A stretch of DNA of 61,375 nucleotides from Deltaproteobacteria bacterium (GTDB taxonomy: Bacteria; Desulfobacterota; DSM-4660; Desulfatiglandales; B25-G16). The stretch spans positions 1 through 61,375 of the forward strand of contig JAFDDT010000004.1 in assembly GCA_019310725.1 (NCBI GenBank). Direction: 5' to 3'. The notes beneath the pieces are model-generated. The model worked only from the letters and a program-made list of their open reading frames with translations. It was not told the origin of the DNA and searched no databases. The position numbers and the translations under genes are program-made. Every line of letters starts with the position of its first letter. Positions within the stretch are counted from its first letter, which is position 1. This document shows, in pieces, positions 1 through 9,183 of the stretch.

Positions 1-1
1 A

Positions 2-115
2 CGGGGGAGCTTTGATGAGGTTGAACGGGGGTTAGATGAGCAGTCAGCTACCAAAGAGGCAGCACGGTGTCTGAGGTGTGGGCTGATCTGTTACCGGAAG
101 GAGGGAGGGAGTTAA
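2..115 (+). CDS. 3' end of a CDS cut by the window edge (Cys-rich C-terminus, family not assignable)
   Basis: The frame is open from position 2 and reads ...EAARCLRCGLICYRKEGGS, then TAA at 113-115. Only 37 codons are visible. Confidence 0.3.
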   Translation, partial: RGSFDEVERGLDEQSATKEAARCLRCGLICYRKEGGS

Positions 116-139
116 AAGGGGGTCTATCACATTTTAGCC

Positions 140-168
140 TTGCAAAAGTGCCATTATTCAGGTAAAAA
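140..168 (+). promoter_or_regulatory. Candidate sigma-70 promoter for the cytochrome c3 gene
   Basis: TTGCAA at 140-145, a 17-nt spacer, then TAAAAA at 163-168, about 35 nt upstream of the ATG at 203. Pattern match only. Confidence 0.3.
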
Positions 169-202
169 AATAGAAGTGAAATGAAAGGAGGCACAGAAGT
201 CC

Positions 203-619
203 ATGAGAAAAAAGATCTACTTTCTGGTTGGAGTTATTTTCTGTATAGCCCTTTTTACAGGTGTGGGCATCCTGAAAGCCACAGATATCCCGGATGAAAT
301 CTGTATTAAATCAGATGCATTTAAGGCACACAAAAAAGGGCCGGTCGAATTTAGTCATAGAAAACATATCACGGACTATAAGATTGCCTGCGCGGAGTGC
401 CACCATGTATACAAAGACGGAAAAAATGTCTTTAAGGAAGGAGATCCTGCGCAGAAATGCTCAGAATGTCACGATCCGGCACAATCAAAAGGTAAGGTAA
501 AGAAATTAATGCTGGCCTACCACAAGAACTGTCAGGGCTGTCACAAGGGTTTGGAAAAGGCTGGTAAACCCGCAGGTCCTACAAGGAAATGTAACGATTG
601 CCACGCAAAGAAACAATAA
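203..619 (+). CDS. Periplasmic tetraheme cytochrome c (c3 family)
   Basis: Hydrophobic N-terminal signal peptide. Four CxxCH haem motifs (CAECH, CSECH, CQGCH, CNDCH) plus extra His ligands in 138 aa. GGAGG RBS upstream. Confidence 0.9.
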   Translation: MRKKIYFLVGVIFCIALFTGVGILKATDIPDEICIKSDAFKAHKKGPVEFSHRKHITDYKIACAECHHVYKDGKNVFKEGDPAQKCSECHDPAQSKGKVKKLMLAYHKNCQGCHKGLEKAGKPAGPTRKCNDCHAKKQ

Positions 620-657
620 TCTACGTCTGACACGAAACTTCCGTTGAGAGAAAATAG

Positions 658-699
658 AAACTGCCGCTCTTTTGTGATTATGAAAGAGCGGCAGTTTTT
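658..699. terminator. Bidirectional rho-independent terminator between convergent genes
   Basis: Perfect 12-bp stem, ctgccgctcttt (661-672) pairing with aaagagcggcag (683-694). It is flanked by an A-run on the 5' side and a T-run on the 3' side. Confidence 0.7.
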
Positions 700-711
700 G
701 ATCTCTAGCCT

Positions 712-903
712 TTACTCCTCAACTTCTGTTACAGTAATAGCCTCAGACTCGCAAGCCTCTACACAGCTCTCACACCCAATGCATTCCTCTTCATTGACGG
801 GCACTGATTTCTCATCCTGCATCTCAAAAACATCTGACGGGCAAACATCGACACACTCTTCGCAACCAACGCATTTCTCGCTATCGACTTCTACCTTATA
901 CAT
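712..903 (-). CDS. Small 2x[4Fe-4S] ferredoxin
   Basis: 63 aa with CVGCEECVDVCP and CIGCESCVEAC cluster motifs. It has a close paralog at 32939-33127. Confidence 0.9.
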   Translation of the reverse strand: MYKVEVDSEKCVGCEECVDVCPSDVFEMQDEKSVPVNEEECIGCESCVEACESEAITVTEVEE

Positions 904-998
904 GGCCTAATCCTCCTTGGTTAAATGGGTCAAATCGCTTTTTTGCAGGCTATTTAACAAAGCGATTCAGAGGTGTCAAGGGAAAAACTGAGGGTTAT

Positions 999-1391
999 CT
1001 ACTGAAATTTCATGTGGAGTTTTCTGGATCTAGGTCCATCAAACTCACAAAAGAAAATTCCCTGCCACGTACCTAATTTGAGGTGCCCGGATTCAACCAA
1101 AACCATTGCTGAATTCCCCACCAGGCAACTTTTGATATGGGCAGCGGAATTGCCTTCTCGATGCCGGTAGGCGGCCTCCCAGGGCACCAGTTTATCCAGT
1201 GTTGTCTGGATATCAACAGCCACACTTGGATCAGCACTCTCATTGATTGTTGTTCCGGCTGTAGTGTGGGGCACATAGAGAAAGCACACCCCATCCTTCA
1301 GACCTGATCGCTGTAACTCCTCCTCTACCTTGGCGGTAATATCTATCATTTCCGAGCGATCTCTTGTCTTGATACCTATTGTTGAAACCAT
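999..1391 (-). CDS. YjbQ/UPF0047 family protein (secondary thiamine-phosphate synthase-like)
   Basis: 130 aa with typical family motifs: IDIT..V, VPHTTAG.TINE..DP, and H.K....S near the C-terminus. Confidence 0.75.
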   Translation of the reverse strand: MVSTIGIKTRDRSEMIDITAKVEEELQRSGLKDGVCFLYVPHTTAGTTINESADPSVAVDIQTTLDKLVPWEAAYRHREGNSAAHIKSCLVGNSAMVLVESGHLKLGTWQGIFFCEFDGPRSRKLHMKFQ

Positions 1392-1969
1392 GAAGCGCCC
1401 CTTATGCCAAGTTCTCCTTTCTTTTCCTCAGCTGCAACCTGATCACCGAATCCTTCTTCCTTGAAATACACAGTAATTGTCTCGTTGCCCGATGTCTCCC
1501 ATTCCTTCGCCACATAATTGGCCTTTACCTGTACCTCTCGTTGTTTCTCTCCCCTGCCCACAAGCACAGCCTGCTCAACCTTCTGTGGCCTGCCGAAATC
1601 TATCGACGCATCCAAGGCCGGCCTTATGGTCCTGCCGGGAAACAGGACATCGTCTACCAAGATAATTATTCTATCATCTATGGAAAAGGGAATCTTCGTG
1701 CTCCCAAGTTTTGGGTTAAGGCCGATCCTCGTCCAGTTGTCCCGATATAGATTAATATCCAGCACGCCAGCTGGTAGTTCCTCTTCGTGTAACTTTGTAA
1801 TCTCCCGGCGCAGGCGCTGAGCCAAAAAAGCTCCTCCACTCGTGATTGCAATAAAACAGGTAGCTTTTCAGGACTCACGCCTCGAATTTATCTGCTTCGC
1901 GATCCCTTTCAGGGCTTGTTTGATCTCCTTTTGATCAGGTATAATTTTACTATTCTCTTCTAAATTCAT
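1376..1969 (-). CDS. pyrR: PyrR (pyr operon regulator / uracil phosphoribosyltransferase) interrupted by one in-frame TGA
   Basis: PRPP-binding motif IILVDDVLFPGRTIR and LYRDN are present. The ATG at 1969 and the 1376-1825 ORF share one frame (594 nt), joined across a TGA at 1868-1870. The N-terminal part reads MNLEENSKIIPDQKEIKQALKGIAKQINSRRES*KATCFIAITSGGAFLAQRL, which matches the PyrR N-terminus. Confidence 0.75.
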
Positions 1970-2118
1970 TACCCTTCCTCTTCTCCAAAAATAACTTCTA
2001 TATATCAAAGAATAATCAAAGGTCAAACAGTTTTATCCAAGTTGTGCCATGAATTTCAAGAATAACCCCTCCTGATTGCCTTGACTTTAGAAGGTTTTGA
2101 TTTTAGTATGCCGTACTA

Positions 2119-2826
2119 ATGAACGACCCTAGATTACCAAAAAATCCTGAAGACTTAGCACCAATCCTCGATTATTCCTTTGAAGACAAAAAGTTACTGT
2201 CTCAGGCCTTCCGGCATCCTTCTTACGTTTATGAAAAGGATGATCCTAGAGTATCAGATAATCAGAGATTAGAGTTTCTTGGCGATGCAGTTATCAACCT
2301 TGTTATCAGCCATCTGCTCATGGAATCCTTTCCTGAAATGAAGGAAGGAGAGCTGTCCAAATACAGGGCTTCTCTGGTAAGTGAAAGCGGTCTCTACCCT
2401 ATTGCCTGTGATTTGCAGATAGGAGATTATCTCCTGCTGGGAAAGGGAGAGGAGCGAACCCAGGGCAGAAAAAAACCATCTATCCTAACTGATGCCCTTG
2501 AGGCCCTTATTGGAGCAGTTTATCTTGATGGCGGTTTTAGTGTTGCTCTCAGGGTAATAGCAAGACTCTTTAGCCCTTTATTGGATAAGATCAGCCTTGG
2601 TAACTCATTTATTGACTATAAAACAGACCTGCAGGAATACTCACAAGAGGCTGTTCAATCAACTCCAGAATACCGGCTTGAAAAGGAAACTGGTCCAGAC
2701 CACAATAAGACCTTCTATATAGCAGTGTACCTGAGAGGAAAGTTAATGGGTAAAGGAAAGGGAAAGAGCAAAAAGGAGGCCGAACGCGAAGCAGCAAAGG
2801 AGGTCTTGGCTTGTCTAAGAAAATAA
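2119..2826 (+). CDS. rnc: Ribonuclease III
   Basis: RNase III signature NQRLEFLGDAV, followed by a C-terminal dsRBD ending in KSKKEAEREAAKEVL. Confidence 0.95.
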   Translation: MNDPRLPKNPEDLAPILDYSFEDKKLLSQAFRHPSYVYEKDDPRVSDNQRLEFLGDAVINLVISHLLMESFPEMKEGELSKYRASLVSESGLYPIACDLQIGDYLLLGKGEERTQGRKKPSILTDALEALIGAVYLDGGFSVALRVIARLFSPLLDKISLGNSFIDYKTDLQEYSQEAVQSTPEYRLEKETGPDHNKTFYIAVYLRGKLMGKGKGKSKKEAEREAAKEVLACLRK

Positions 2827-3845
2827 AAGGCCACTTTATCATACCCATATTTATCCCACACCAGGGCTGTCCCCATAGATGTGTTTTCTGTCAACAAAAA
2901 ACCATAACCAATCGCTCAGAAAGCGTTTGCACAGCAGATGATATTACAAATCTAATAGAGCGAGCTGTACAGTCAAAACGCTTTCCTAATCAAAAGCCAA
3001 TAGAGGTCGCCTTTTATGGTGGTACCTTTACGTCTCTACCAGCTGCCTCCATGAAGAACATGCTAGATGCTGTAAGGCCTTTCTTGGAAAAAGGCGTCAT
3101 ACAATCTGTCCGTCTCTCTACAAGACCAGACGCTCTGGATGAAAAGAGACTTGATATCCTTGAATCTTATGGCGTATCAACCGTAGAGCTTGGGGTACAA
3201 TCCATGGGCGACCAGGTTTTACTCCTTTCTAATCGAGGGCATACATCACGTGAAACCGTTGATGCGTTCAGAGCGCTGAAAAATAGAGGATTCAATGTCG
3301 GGGCACAACTGATGCCTGGCTTGCCAGGAGACTCTCAAGAGCTATTCCTGGAAACCATTGACAAGGTTATTTCCCTGAAACCTGATATGGCCAGGCTTTA
3401 TCCAACACTTGTAATACGGGGAACAAGACTGGCACAATGGTACAATCAAGGAAAATTTACCCCAATGGGGCTTGACGATACCATTGGTCTCTGCAAAGAG
3501 GCCTGCATCCGATTAGAAAGTGCCGGGATTCCCGTCATCAGAATCGGGCTCATGTCTTCCCCATCCCTGCTCAAGAAAGGGGAGATTGTTGCGGGACCAT
3601 GGCATCCATCTTTAGGATTTCTGGTCCGATCTGCCATTCACCTTGCAAAAGTGAAACCTTATCTACCCACCATGAAAAAGCCAAGGAATATTGTACTCCA
3701 TGTGCCTAAAAGGGACATACCATTAATCAGGGGTCACAAAAAGAGCGGAATAAGGCAAGTCGAAGCTATGACAGGAGGCGTGATAAAAGAAATTATCTCC
3801 GACGATTCGGTCCCTTGTGGAAAGGTAGCCTTCGAGATTGTATAG
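2811..3845 (+). CDS. Radical SAM protein (ELP3/histone-acetyltransferase-related radical SAM core, no GNAT domain)
   Basis: CPHRCVFCQQ (CxxxCxxC) lies near the N-terminus. The TTG start overlaps the end of rnc. 344 aa. Confidence 0.7.
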   Translation: MSKKIKGHFIIPIFIPHQGCPHRCVFCQQKTITNRSESVCTADDITNLIERAVQSKRFPNQKPIEVAFYGGTFTSLPAASMKNMLDAVRPFLEKGVIQSVRLSTRPDALDEKRLDILESYGVSTVELGVQSMGDQVLLLSNRGHTSRETVDAFRALKNRGFNVGAQLMPGLPGDSQELFLETIDKVISLKPDMARLYPTLVIRGTRLAQWYNQGKFTPMGLDDTIGLCKEACIRLESAGIPVIRIGLMSSPSLLKKGEIVAGPWHPSLGFLVRSAIHLAKVKPYLPTMKKPRNIVLHVPKRDIPLIRGHKKSGIRQVEAMTGGVIKEIISDDSVPCGKVAFEIV

Positions 3846-4266
3846 TATCCATGAATAATTCCTCCAGGTGCTTTCCCTGAATTGTGGCGTTTTCAAAAGA
3901 GACCCTCTCCTGCCACTGGATTCCAACACGTGCTTAAGTCTCGATATATAATAGCGAAGCTCCTCCTCAAACCGACGAGATACGATGTCAGTAGGAAAAT
4001 ACGAAATACTAAGTAACGTTTATGGGTTACGGTGGAGCCTGTCCCGACTATACTGTCGGGGATGCCCGTTTCGTTTTTCGGTAACGTCATTAGTGTTTTC
4101 ATTTCCACGTTACCTTGACCGTTGCCGATACGGGCTTCGTTACCCTGACCCTTACCCTAATAAACGAGCAAAAACTTGCCATTAATCCACCTGGATAAAT
4201 GTTAAGTAGGTTATGTAGACATCTGGATCTTCTCAAGGGCAGAAGAAACAGAGGTTGTGGTGGGTG

Positions 4267-5244
4267 CTAGTTACTCCTCGTGACAACAAATTGATTTAAC
4301 TGGAAGAGGCATTCCTTTATTGGCGAGTCAGGAAAGAGGCTGAGGCACTGGGCTGCACGATCTACATACTCTCGGGCATCGTAACGGCATCTCGCAATGG
4401 CACCGTTACCCCTTACTAGTTCAGTTACCTCCCGGTAGTCATGCTCTAAGGCATCTCCGGCTTTAAATAGATCCTCTAGCCTCTTTCGCTCCTGTTGCGG
4501 GAGGCAGGTTAGGGAATAGATCAGCGGAAGGGTAATCTTACCCTCTCTGAGGTCGCTGCCCATGGGTTTTCCGGTCTCCTCCACCGTAGCGGTATAATCA
4601 AACACATCATCGATAATCTGAAAGGCAATCCCCATATTGAGCCCAAAGTCCTTAAGCGATTGAATATCGGCCTGCTCTGCCCCGGCCACGATACCGCCAC
4701 TAGCGCAGGCAGCCGACATGAGTGCCGCTGTCTTAGCCGTAATGATACCCACATATTCTTTCCTAGTTAGGCCCCAATTATGGGTATTTACGAGCTCCAA
4801 CACCTGGCCCTCAGTCATCCGTGTGGCGGTATCAGCTAGGATCTTTAAGAGCTCGATGTGCTTTTTTTCAACAACCATCTTGGAGAATTTGGAAAAGAGA
4901 AAATCACCCACCAGGATTGCCATGGGGCTTCCCCACAGCTTATTGGCTGATGCCTTTCCCCGACGCATCGGGGCGTTATCAATGACATCGTCGTGCAGGA
5001 GGCTTGCCGCATGCAGACACTCAAAGATGGTCGAAAGGGTGTACCTGTCACGGTCAGTGTAGTTGCAGAGCTCACAGGAGAGGACAAAAAACAGAGGCCT
5101 GAGCCGCTTGCCGGTACCAAGCAAGCTATACTGCGCAACCTCCTCTATGAGCGACACATTAGAGGTGAGCACCTTGCTCAATTCTTCGTCGATCCGCTCA
5201 AAGTAGGGGGTGAGCTGTCTTAAAACTGTGGATTCCTCGCTCAT
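4267..5244 (-). CDS. Long-chain trans-polyprenyl diphosphate synthase (IspB/HepT-like)
   Basis: Both aspartate-rich motifs are present: LLHDDVIDN and QIIDDVFDY. 325 aa. Confidence 0.85.
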   Translation of the reverse strand: MSEESTVLRQLTPYFERIDEELSKVLTSNVSLIEEVAQYSLLGTGKRLRPLFFVLSCELCNYTDRDRYTLSTIFECLHAASLLHDDVIDNAPMRRGKASANKLWGSPMAILVGDFLFSKFSKMVVEKKHIELLKILADTATRMTEGQVLELVNTHNWGLTRKEYVGIITAKTAALMSAACASGGIVAGAEQADIQSLKDFGLNMGIAFQIIDDVFDYTATVEETGKPMGSDLREGKITLPLIYSLTCLPQQERKRLEDLFKAGDALEHDYREVTELVRGNGAIARCRYDAREYVDRAAQCLSLFPDSPIKECLFQLNQFVVTRSN

Positions 5245-5548
5245 GGTCTCTTGGCTAGTCTTTTCCTCCGAAACAGATTATCTACTGTTCATAAAAAGAT
5301 AGCTAAATGATGCATGGTTGTCAAACCAATTATGCGTGTGTGTGGACGATTAATCCGACAAGACACCACAGGATCGTTATCTTTGGGATCATATTGATCG
5401 ATGTCATCCAAAATTTGTTTGCGCCTACTTGATAGCCCAATACCCCTCGCTGCCTGGAAATGACAGACTCACAAAATAACTTATAAGCTCCAGATTATTT
5501 ACTATTGATATTGCGCTTTTTTTCTTATAGGGTCTTAGAGAGTTTTAT

Positions 5549-7012
5549 TTGATAGCAAAGAATATGCGAGCTGAAATGAGCCAGCCAGAGCTGGAGAAAA
5601 GATTTCTCCCTTTTGCAAGAAAGATGTCAGACGAGGGCATACCTCCTCTCATTATCGATACCTTTAAGTTTTACTATGGGAAGCTTCTGAGTGGGGAAAG
5701 GGGGTTTATATCCAGAGACGACATTGTTCCGGTTGGAAAAGATGAGATAGCTGATTTGGAGACGCTAAACAGATTCACCGAAGAGGGAGTCCGGGCATTA
5801 AAGGAGGCGGTAATAATCAAACTGAACGGCGGCTTGGGAACGAGTATGGGCCTGTCAAGGGCCAAGTCCCTTATTGAGGTAAAGGATGGATACAACTTTC
5901 TCGACATTATTGCGAGACAGGTTTTGAGCCTCAGAAAAGAACATGAAACAGACATACCTCTGGTACTCATGAACAGTTTTAGTACTGATGAGGATAGTAC
6001 AAAATTTCTTGAGAGATACCCTGAACTGGGCTCTGACATCCCGCTGTCGTTTCTGCAAAATAAATTTCCAAAGGTCCTTAAACAAGACCTCAGCCCTGCA
6101 GTTTGGCCCTTGGACCCAGATTTGGAGTGGAATCCGCCTGGGCACGGGGACATTTATTGTGCATTGATCACCTCTGGCATGCTGGACAAGCTGATTATGA
6201 GAGGCTATCAGTACGCCTTTATCTCCAACTCCGACAACCTCGGGGGCACAATGAATGTGGCAGCACTCGGTTACCTAGTCTCCAACGACTTTCCTTTTAT
6301 GATGGAGGTTGCGGAGAAGACAAAAGCAGACACCAAGGGCGGACACATAGCCCGGCTGCGGCAGACTGGCGGACTTGTTCTCAGAGAGATAGCCCAGTGT
6401 CCTGAGGAAGAGATAGGGGAGTTTCAGGATATAGAGGTGTATAAATATTTCAATACAAATAATATATGGGTCAATCTCGTATTTCTAAAAGACCAGCTAA
6501 AAGAGCCTGGAAACATTTTTAAATTACCGGTCATTGTCAATCCGAAGAGAATTAGTTCTAGAGATGACTCATCCCCCGAGGTTTACCAAATCGAAACGGC
6601 TATGGGCTCTGCTATCTCGATTTTTGAAAGGTCCGCAGCTGTAAAGGTACCAAAGACACGATTTGCTCCCGTCAAAAGGTGCCAAGACCTTGTTGCACTC
6701 ATGTCGGATTGCTATGTGATGACAGAAGACAGCGGGGTTATACAAAACCCTCAAAGGCGACTTGGGGATATAGAGATCGATCTCGATGATAGGTATTACA
6801 GAAAGATAGACCAATTGCAGGAAAGATTTCCCCATGGTGTCCCCTCACTGGTTGATTGCAAATCGTTCAAAGTGGAGGGAAATGTTTACTTTGGGAGGGG
6901 AATTGTGATAAAGGGAGACGTGACTATTACCAATCCTTTGTCAGAGCGGGTTTCAATCCCTGAAGGCGCAGTAATTGATAAAGATTTGCTTTTTGACAAA
7001 AATTTGACATAA
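5549..7012 (+). CDS. UDPGP-family (eukaryotic-type) UTP--glucose-1-phosphate / UDP-sugar pyrophosphorylase
   Basis: KLNGGLGTSMG nucleotide-binding loop, NPPGHGD, and a 487-aa length typical of the UDPGP family. The real start may be the ATG at 5564 rather than the TTG at 5549. Confidence 0.75.
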   Translation: MIAKNMRAEMSQPELEKRFLPFARKMSDEGIPPLIIDTFKFYYGKLLSGERGFISRDDIVPVGKDEIADLETLNRFTEEGVRALKEAVIIKLNGGLGTSMGLSRAKSLIEVKDGYNFLDIIARQVLSLRKEHETDIPLVLMNSFSTDEDSTKFLERYPELGSDIPLSFLQNKFPKVLKQDLSPAVWPLDPDLEWNPPGHGDIYCALITSGMLDKLIMRGYQYAFISNSDNLGGTMNVAALGYLVSNDFPFMMEVAEKTKADTKGGHIARLRQTGGLVLREIAQCPEEEIGEFQDIEVYKYFNTNNIWVNLVFLKDQLKEPGNIFKLPVIVNPKRISSRDDSSPEVYQIETAMGSAISIFERSAAVKVPKTRFAPVKRCQDLVALMSDCYVMTEDSGVIQNPQRRLGDIEIDLDDRYYRKIDQLQERFPHGVPSLVDCKSFKVEGNVYFGRGIVIKGDVTITNPLSERVSIPEGAVIDKDLLFDKNLT

Positions 7013-7020
7013 AATACATC

Positions 7021-7872
7021 ATGCCGGACAGCGACCTGCAGAATATTGAAAAGACAATCAAGGCGATCCAGAACATTGGTATTATGCTCGATGGTGCCAC
7101 TGAGTTTGTATGTGAAGAAGGGGTGCTTAAGAGATTCTCAGGGTATATAGGAGCCTATCTCAAGAAACTCGAAACGGATATCGCCTCCCTTAAGAAGAAA
7201 TTTCCAGGAAAGTTCCCAGAAACACCAGAACTGGATAGTTCCTTATCAAGGATTAAAGGTATCGCTAAAACACTGAGAAGAGGTAAAAGTGATGTTGAAG
7301 AGAAATGCCGGGGCGGAGATCTGGGTCGTGAATTAACGACAGAAATCATCGAGCTAAGAACCAGTGTCCAAGATATCTCGCAGACTGTTAGTGGTAAGGT
7401 TTCGGGATACTCAATTGCTGACAGAATTGCAGGCCAGGGAGGGAAAGTAGCATCAGCGCTCTATTATCTTTCCCCTTTCGCCCCCGTTCCACGGAAGGTT
7501 ATTCTTGCAGCGCTAGCGGTCGCTCTTATAGGTTTTGGATATCTTTTTTTTACCATGGAATCGGAAGATGCCTTGATTCGGAGCATCAGAGATGATGTTG
7601 CCTTTCTGCAAAAGCAGAAAAAGGCGATCTCCGCAAAAAAGCACGAATATAGGGAGATCAAGGCAGAGATTAAAACCCTTGATAAACAAAATCTTAGCAG
7701 GAAGGATAAAATCAAATTGCTCAGCCTATCGGTGGAGGAAAGGAAAATAGCGGAATTCATTGAAAAAACAGCGGTTTTAATAGAAAATAGAGAAACAGAA
7801 TTGGCGGAGAAAAATAAAAGGTTAGAAAAGCTCCAAAAAAAATCATTCTTTCAAAGGTTGTTAAAGAAGTAG
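7021..7872 (+). CDS. Hypothetical coiled-coil protein with one central transmembrane helix
   Basis: 283-aa ORF with a hydrophobic segment (ILAALAVALIGFGYLFF) followed by a Lys/Glu-rich heptad-like region. No recognisable catalytic motif. Confidence 0.5.
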   Translation: MPDSDLQNIEKTIKAIQNIGIMLDGATEFVCEEGVLKRFSGYIGAYLKKLETDIASLKKKFPGKFPETPELDSSLSRIKGIAKTLRRGKSDVEEKCRGGDLGRELTTEIIELRTSVQDISQTVSGKVSGYSIADRIAGQGGKVASALYYLSPFAPVPRKVILAALAVALIGFGYLFFTMESEDALIRSIRDDVAFLQKQKKAISAKKHEYREIKAEIKTLDKQNLSRKDKIKLLSLSVEERKIAEFIEKTAVLIENRETELAEKNKRLEKLQKKSFFQRLLKK

Positions 7873-7931
7873 AGAAAAGCTGAAATTGCAGGTTTTAAAG
7901 TGACAACACCAGGTAACCGACAACTATCACC

Positions 7932-8903
7932 TCATATCATGAAGCCATGGAAATCACTCTTTCCCCTCTTTCTTGCGAAAACAGACCAGTTATTACAATC
8001 TCGTGTTACCCGGACACTTACCGATTGATGAGAAGGGGCATCACTGTAAGACACCGTTAGGGCGGCAGCCAACTCTATGCCTTCCACAGAGAGGTTCCCG
8101 GTTGCCAGAACGGTGGGTCCGGGAAATGACTCAACTCGAAACATCGTATCTGCTTCCTTTCTCAAAGAGCTAATCACCTCGTTTTCTTTCTGGTTTCGGC
8201 CCACTACGATCTTGGCGTTCTTGCTCAGCCTAAAATGCCTTCCTAACCTAAGAAGTTCTACATCTCGCCTTGAGAAATCCGGGTTTGAAGATAGGAGGTC
8301 TTTGAGACGGCGGGAAAATACCTTTTCGGTTAGAAGACATCCCCCAGCAGGAGCCGGGTAGTCTTCTATACCAAATTTCTTGGCCAATTCAATCTGTGGC
8401 TGCCGAGAACGCCCTGAAAGCCCTAATAGCCTCTCTCTTATCACCCAGCCTTTCCTTTCAGGAAGGGTTTCCGGCAATCGTTTTGCTGAAAGGGGCCTAA
8501 GGATAAGATCTTTAAACCCCGACCCATGAGAGATGGTGGAAAGGGATCGTAGACTCTGCGACATGGGGCGTTGGCCCACGACCTCTCCACTTATGATAAA
8601 ATCCGCTTTTTCATTTTTCAACATTTCACCCGCTATCTTGAACATCAACTCATGGCAATCGATACACGGGTTTAATCCTTTTCCATGGCCATGCCTTGGG
8701 TTAAGCACTATCTGGATGAGACTATCTGTGATGTCCACGACCTTGAGAGAAAGCCCAATATAGGGTGCAGACCGGGCAGCCTTGTCTGAGGAGAAAAAAG
8801 GCGCCTCAAAACAGATGCCAACAACACCAAGCCCTTGCTCCTGGATGAGCTTAACAGCCAATATGCTATCTAGACCACCCGAAAAAAGGGCTATGGCCTT
8901 CAT
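7932..8903 (-). CDS. PP-loop ATP pyrophosphatase, tRNA-thiolation type (ThiI/MnmA-like)
   Basis: SGGLDS PP-loop immediately after MKAIALF, and a conserved CIDCH. The likely start is the ATG at 8903 (the ORF track extends to 8933). Confidence 0.6.
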   Translation of the reverse strand: MKAIALFSGGLDSILAVKLIQEQGLGVVGICFEAPFFSSDKAARSAPYIGLSLKVVDITDSLIQIVLNPRHGHGKGLNPCIDCHELMFKIAGEMLKNEKADFIISGEVVGQRPMSQSLRSLSTISHGSGFKDLILRPLSAKRLPETLPERKGWVIRERLLGLSGRSRQPQIELAKKFGIEDYPAPAGGCLLTEKVFSRRLKDLLSSNPDFSRRDVELLRLGRHFRLSKNAKIVVGRNQKENEVISSLRKEADTMFRVESFPGPTVLATGNLSVEGIELAAALTVSYSDAPSHQSVSVRVTRDCNNWSVFARKRGKSDFHGFMI

Positions 8904-9183
8904 GAAAAGAACTCCATTTATGGTGGTTGACAAGTCGCAACTAGTTTACCAATGCCGTGGCTTGAGTCAAGCCGTAAGTTAATCCTTAGGCTGCACGAGA
9001 ACAGAACCCCCTTTCCTGTGCAAACTAGCTCACTGTTCAACGCCTGTATCTTCATAGATTTCTTACCTTCGCTGATTTGGGCTTGTTTTTCTCTTGTAAA
9101 GTGGCATACTAAAAATGAGTTGGCTTTCTAAGCGAAATTCTACCTTTCTTTTTCACCTCGAACAACTTTAGGGGGGATGGCAC

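Noticed and set aside
3893-4185. Two overlapping ORFs (71 aa minus strand, 66 aa plus strand) in the 3846-4266 gap
   Set aside because: Neither has an RBS or recognisable motifs, and each overlaps the other. The region is better described as non-coding with repeated GTAACG cores.
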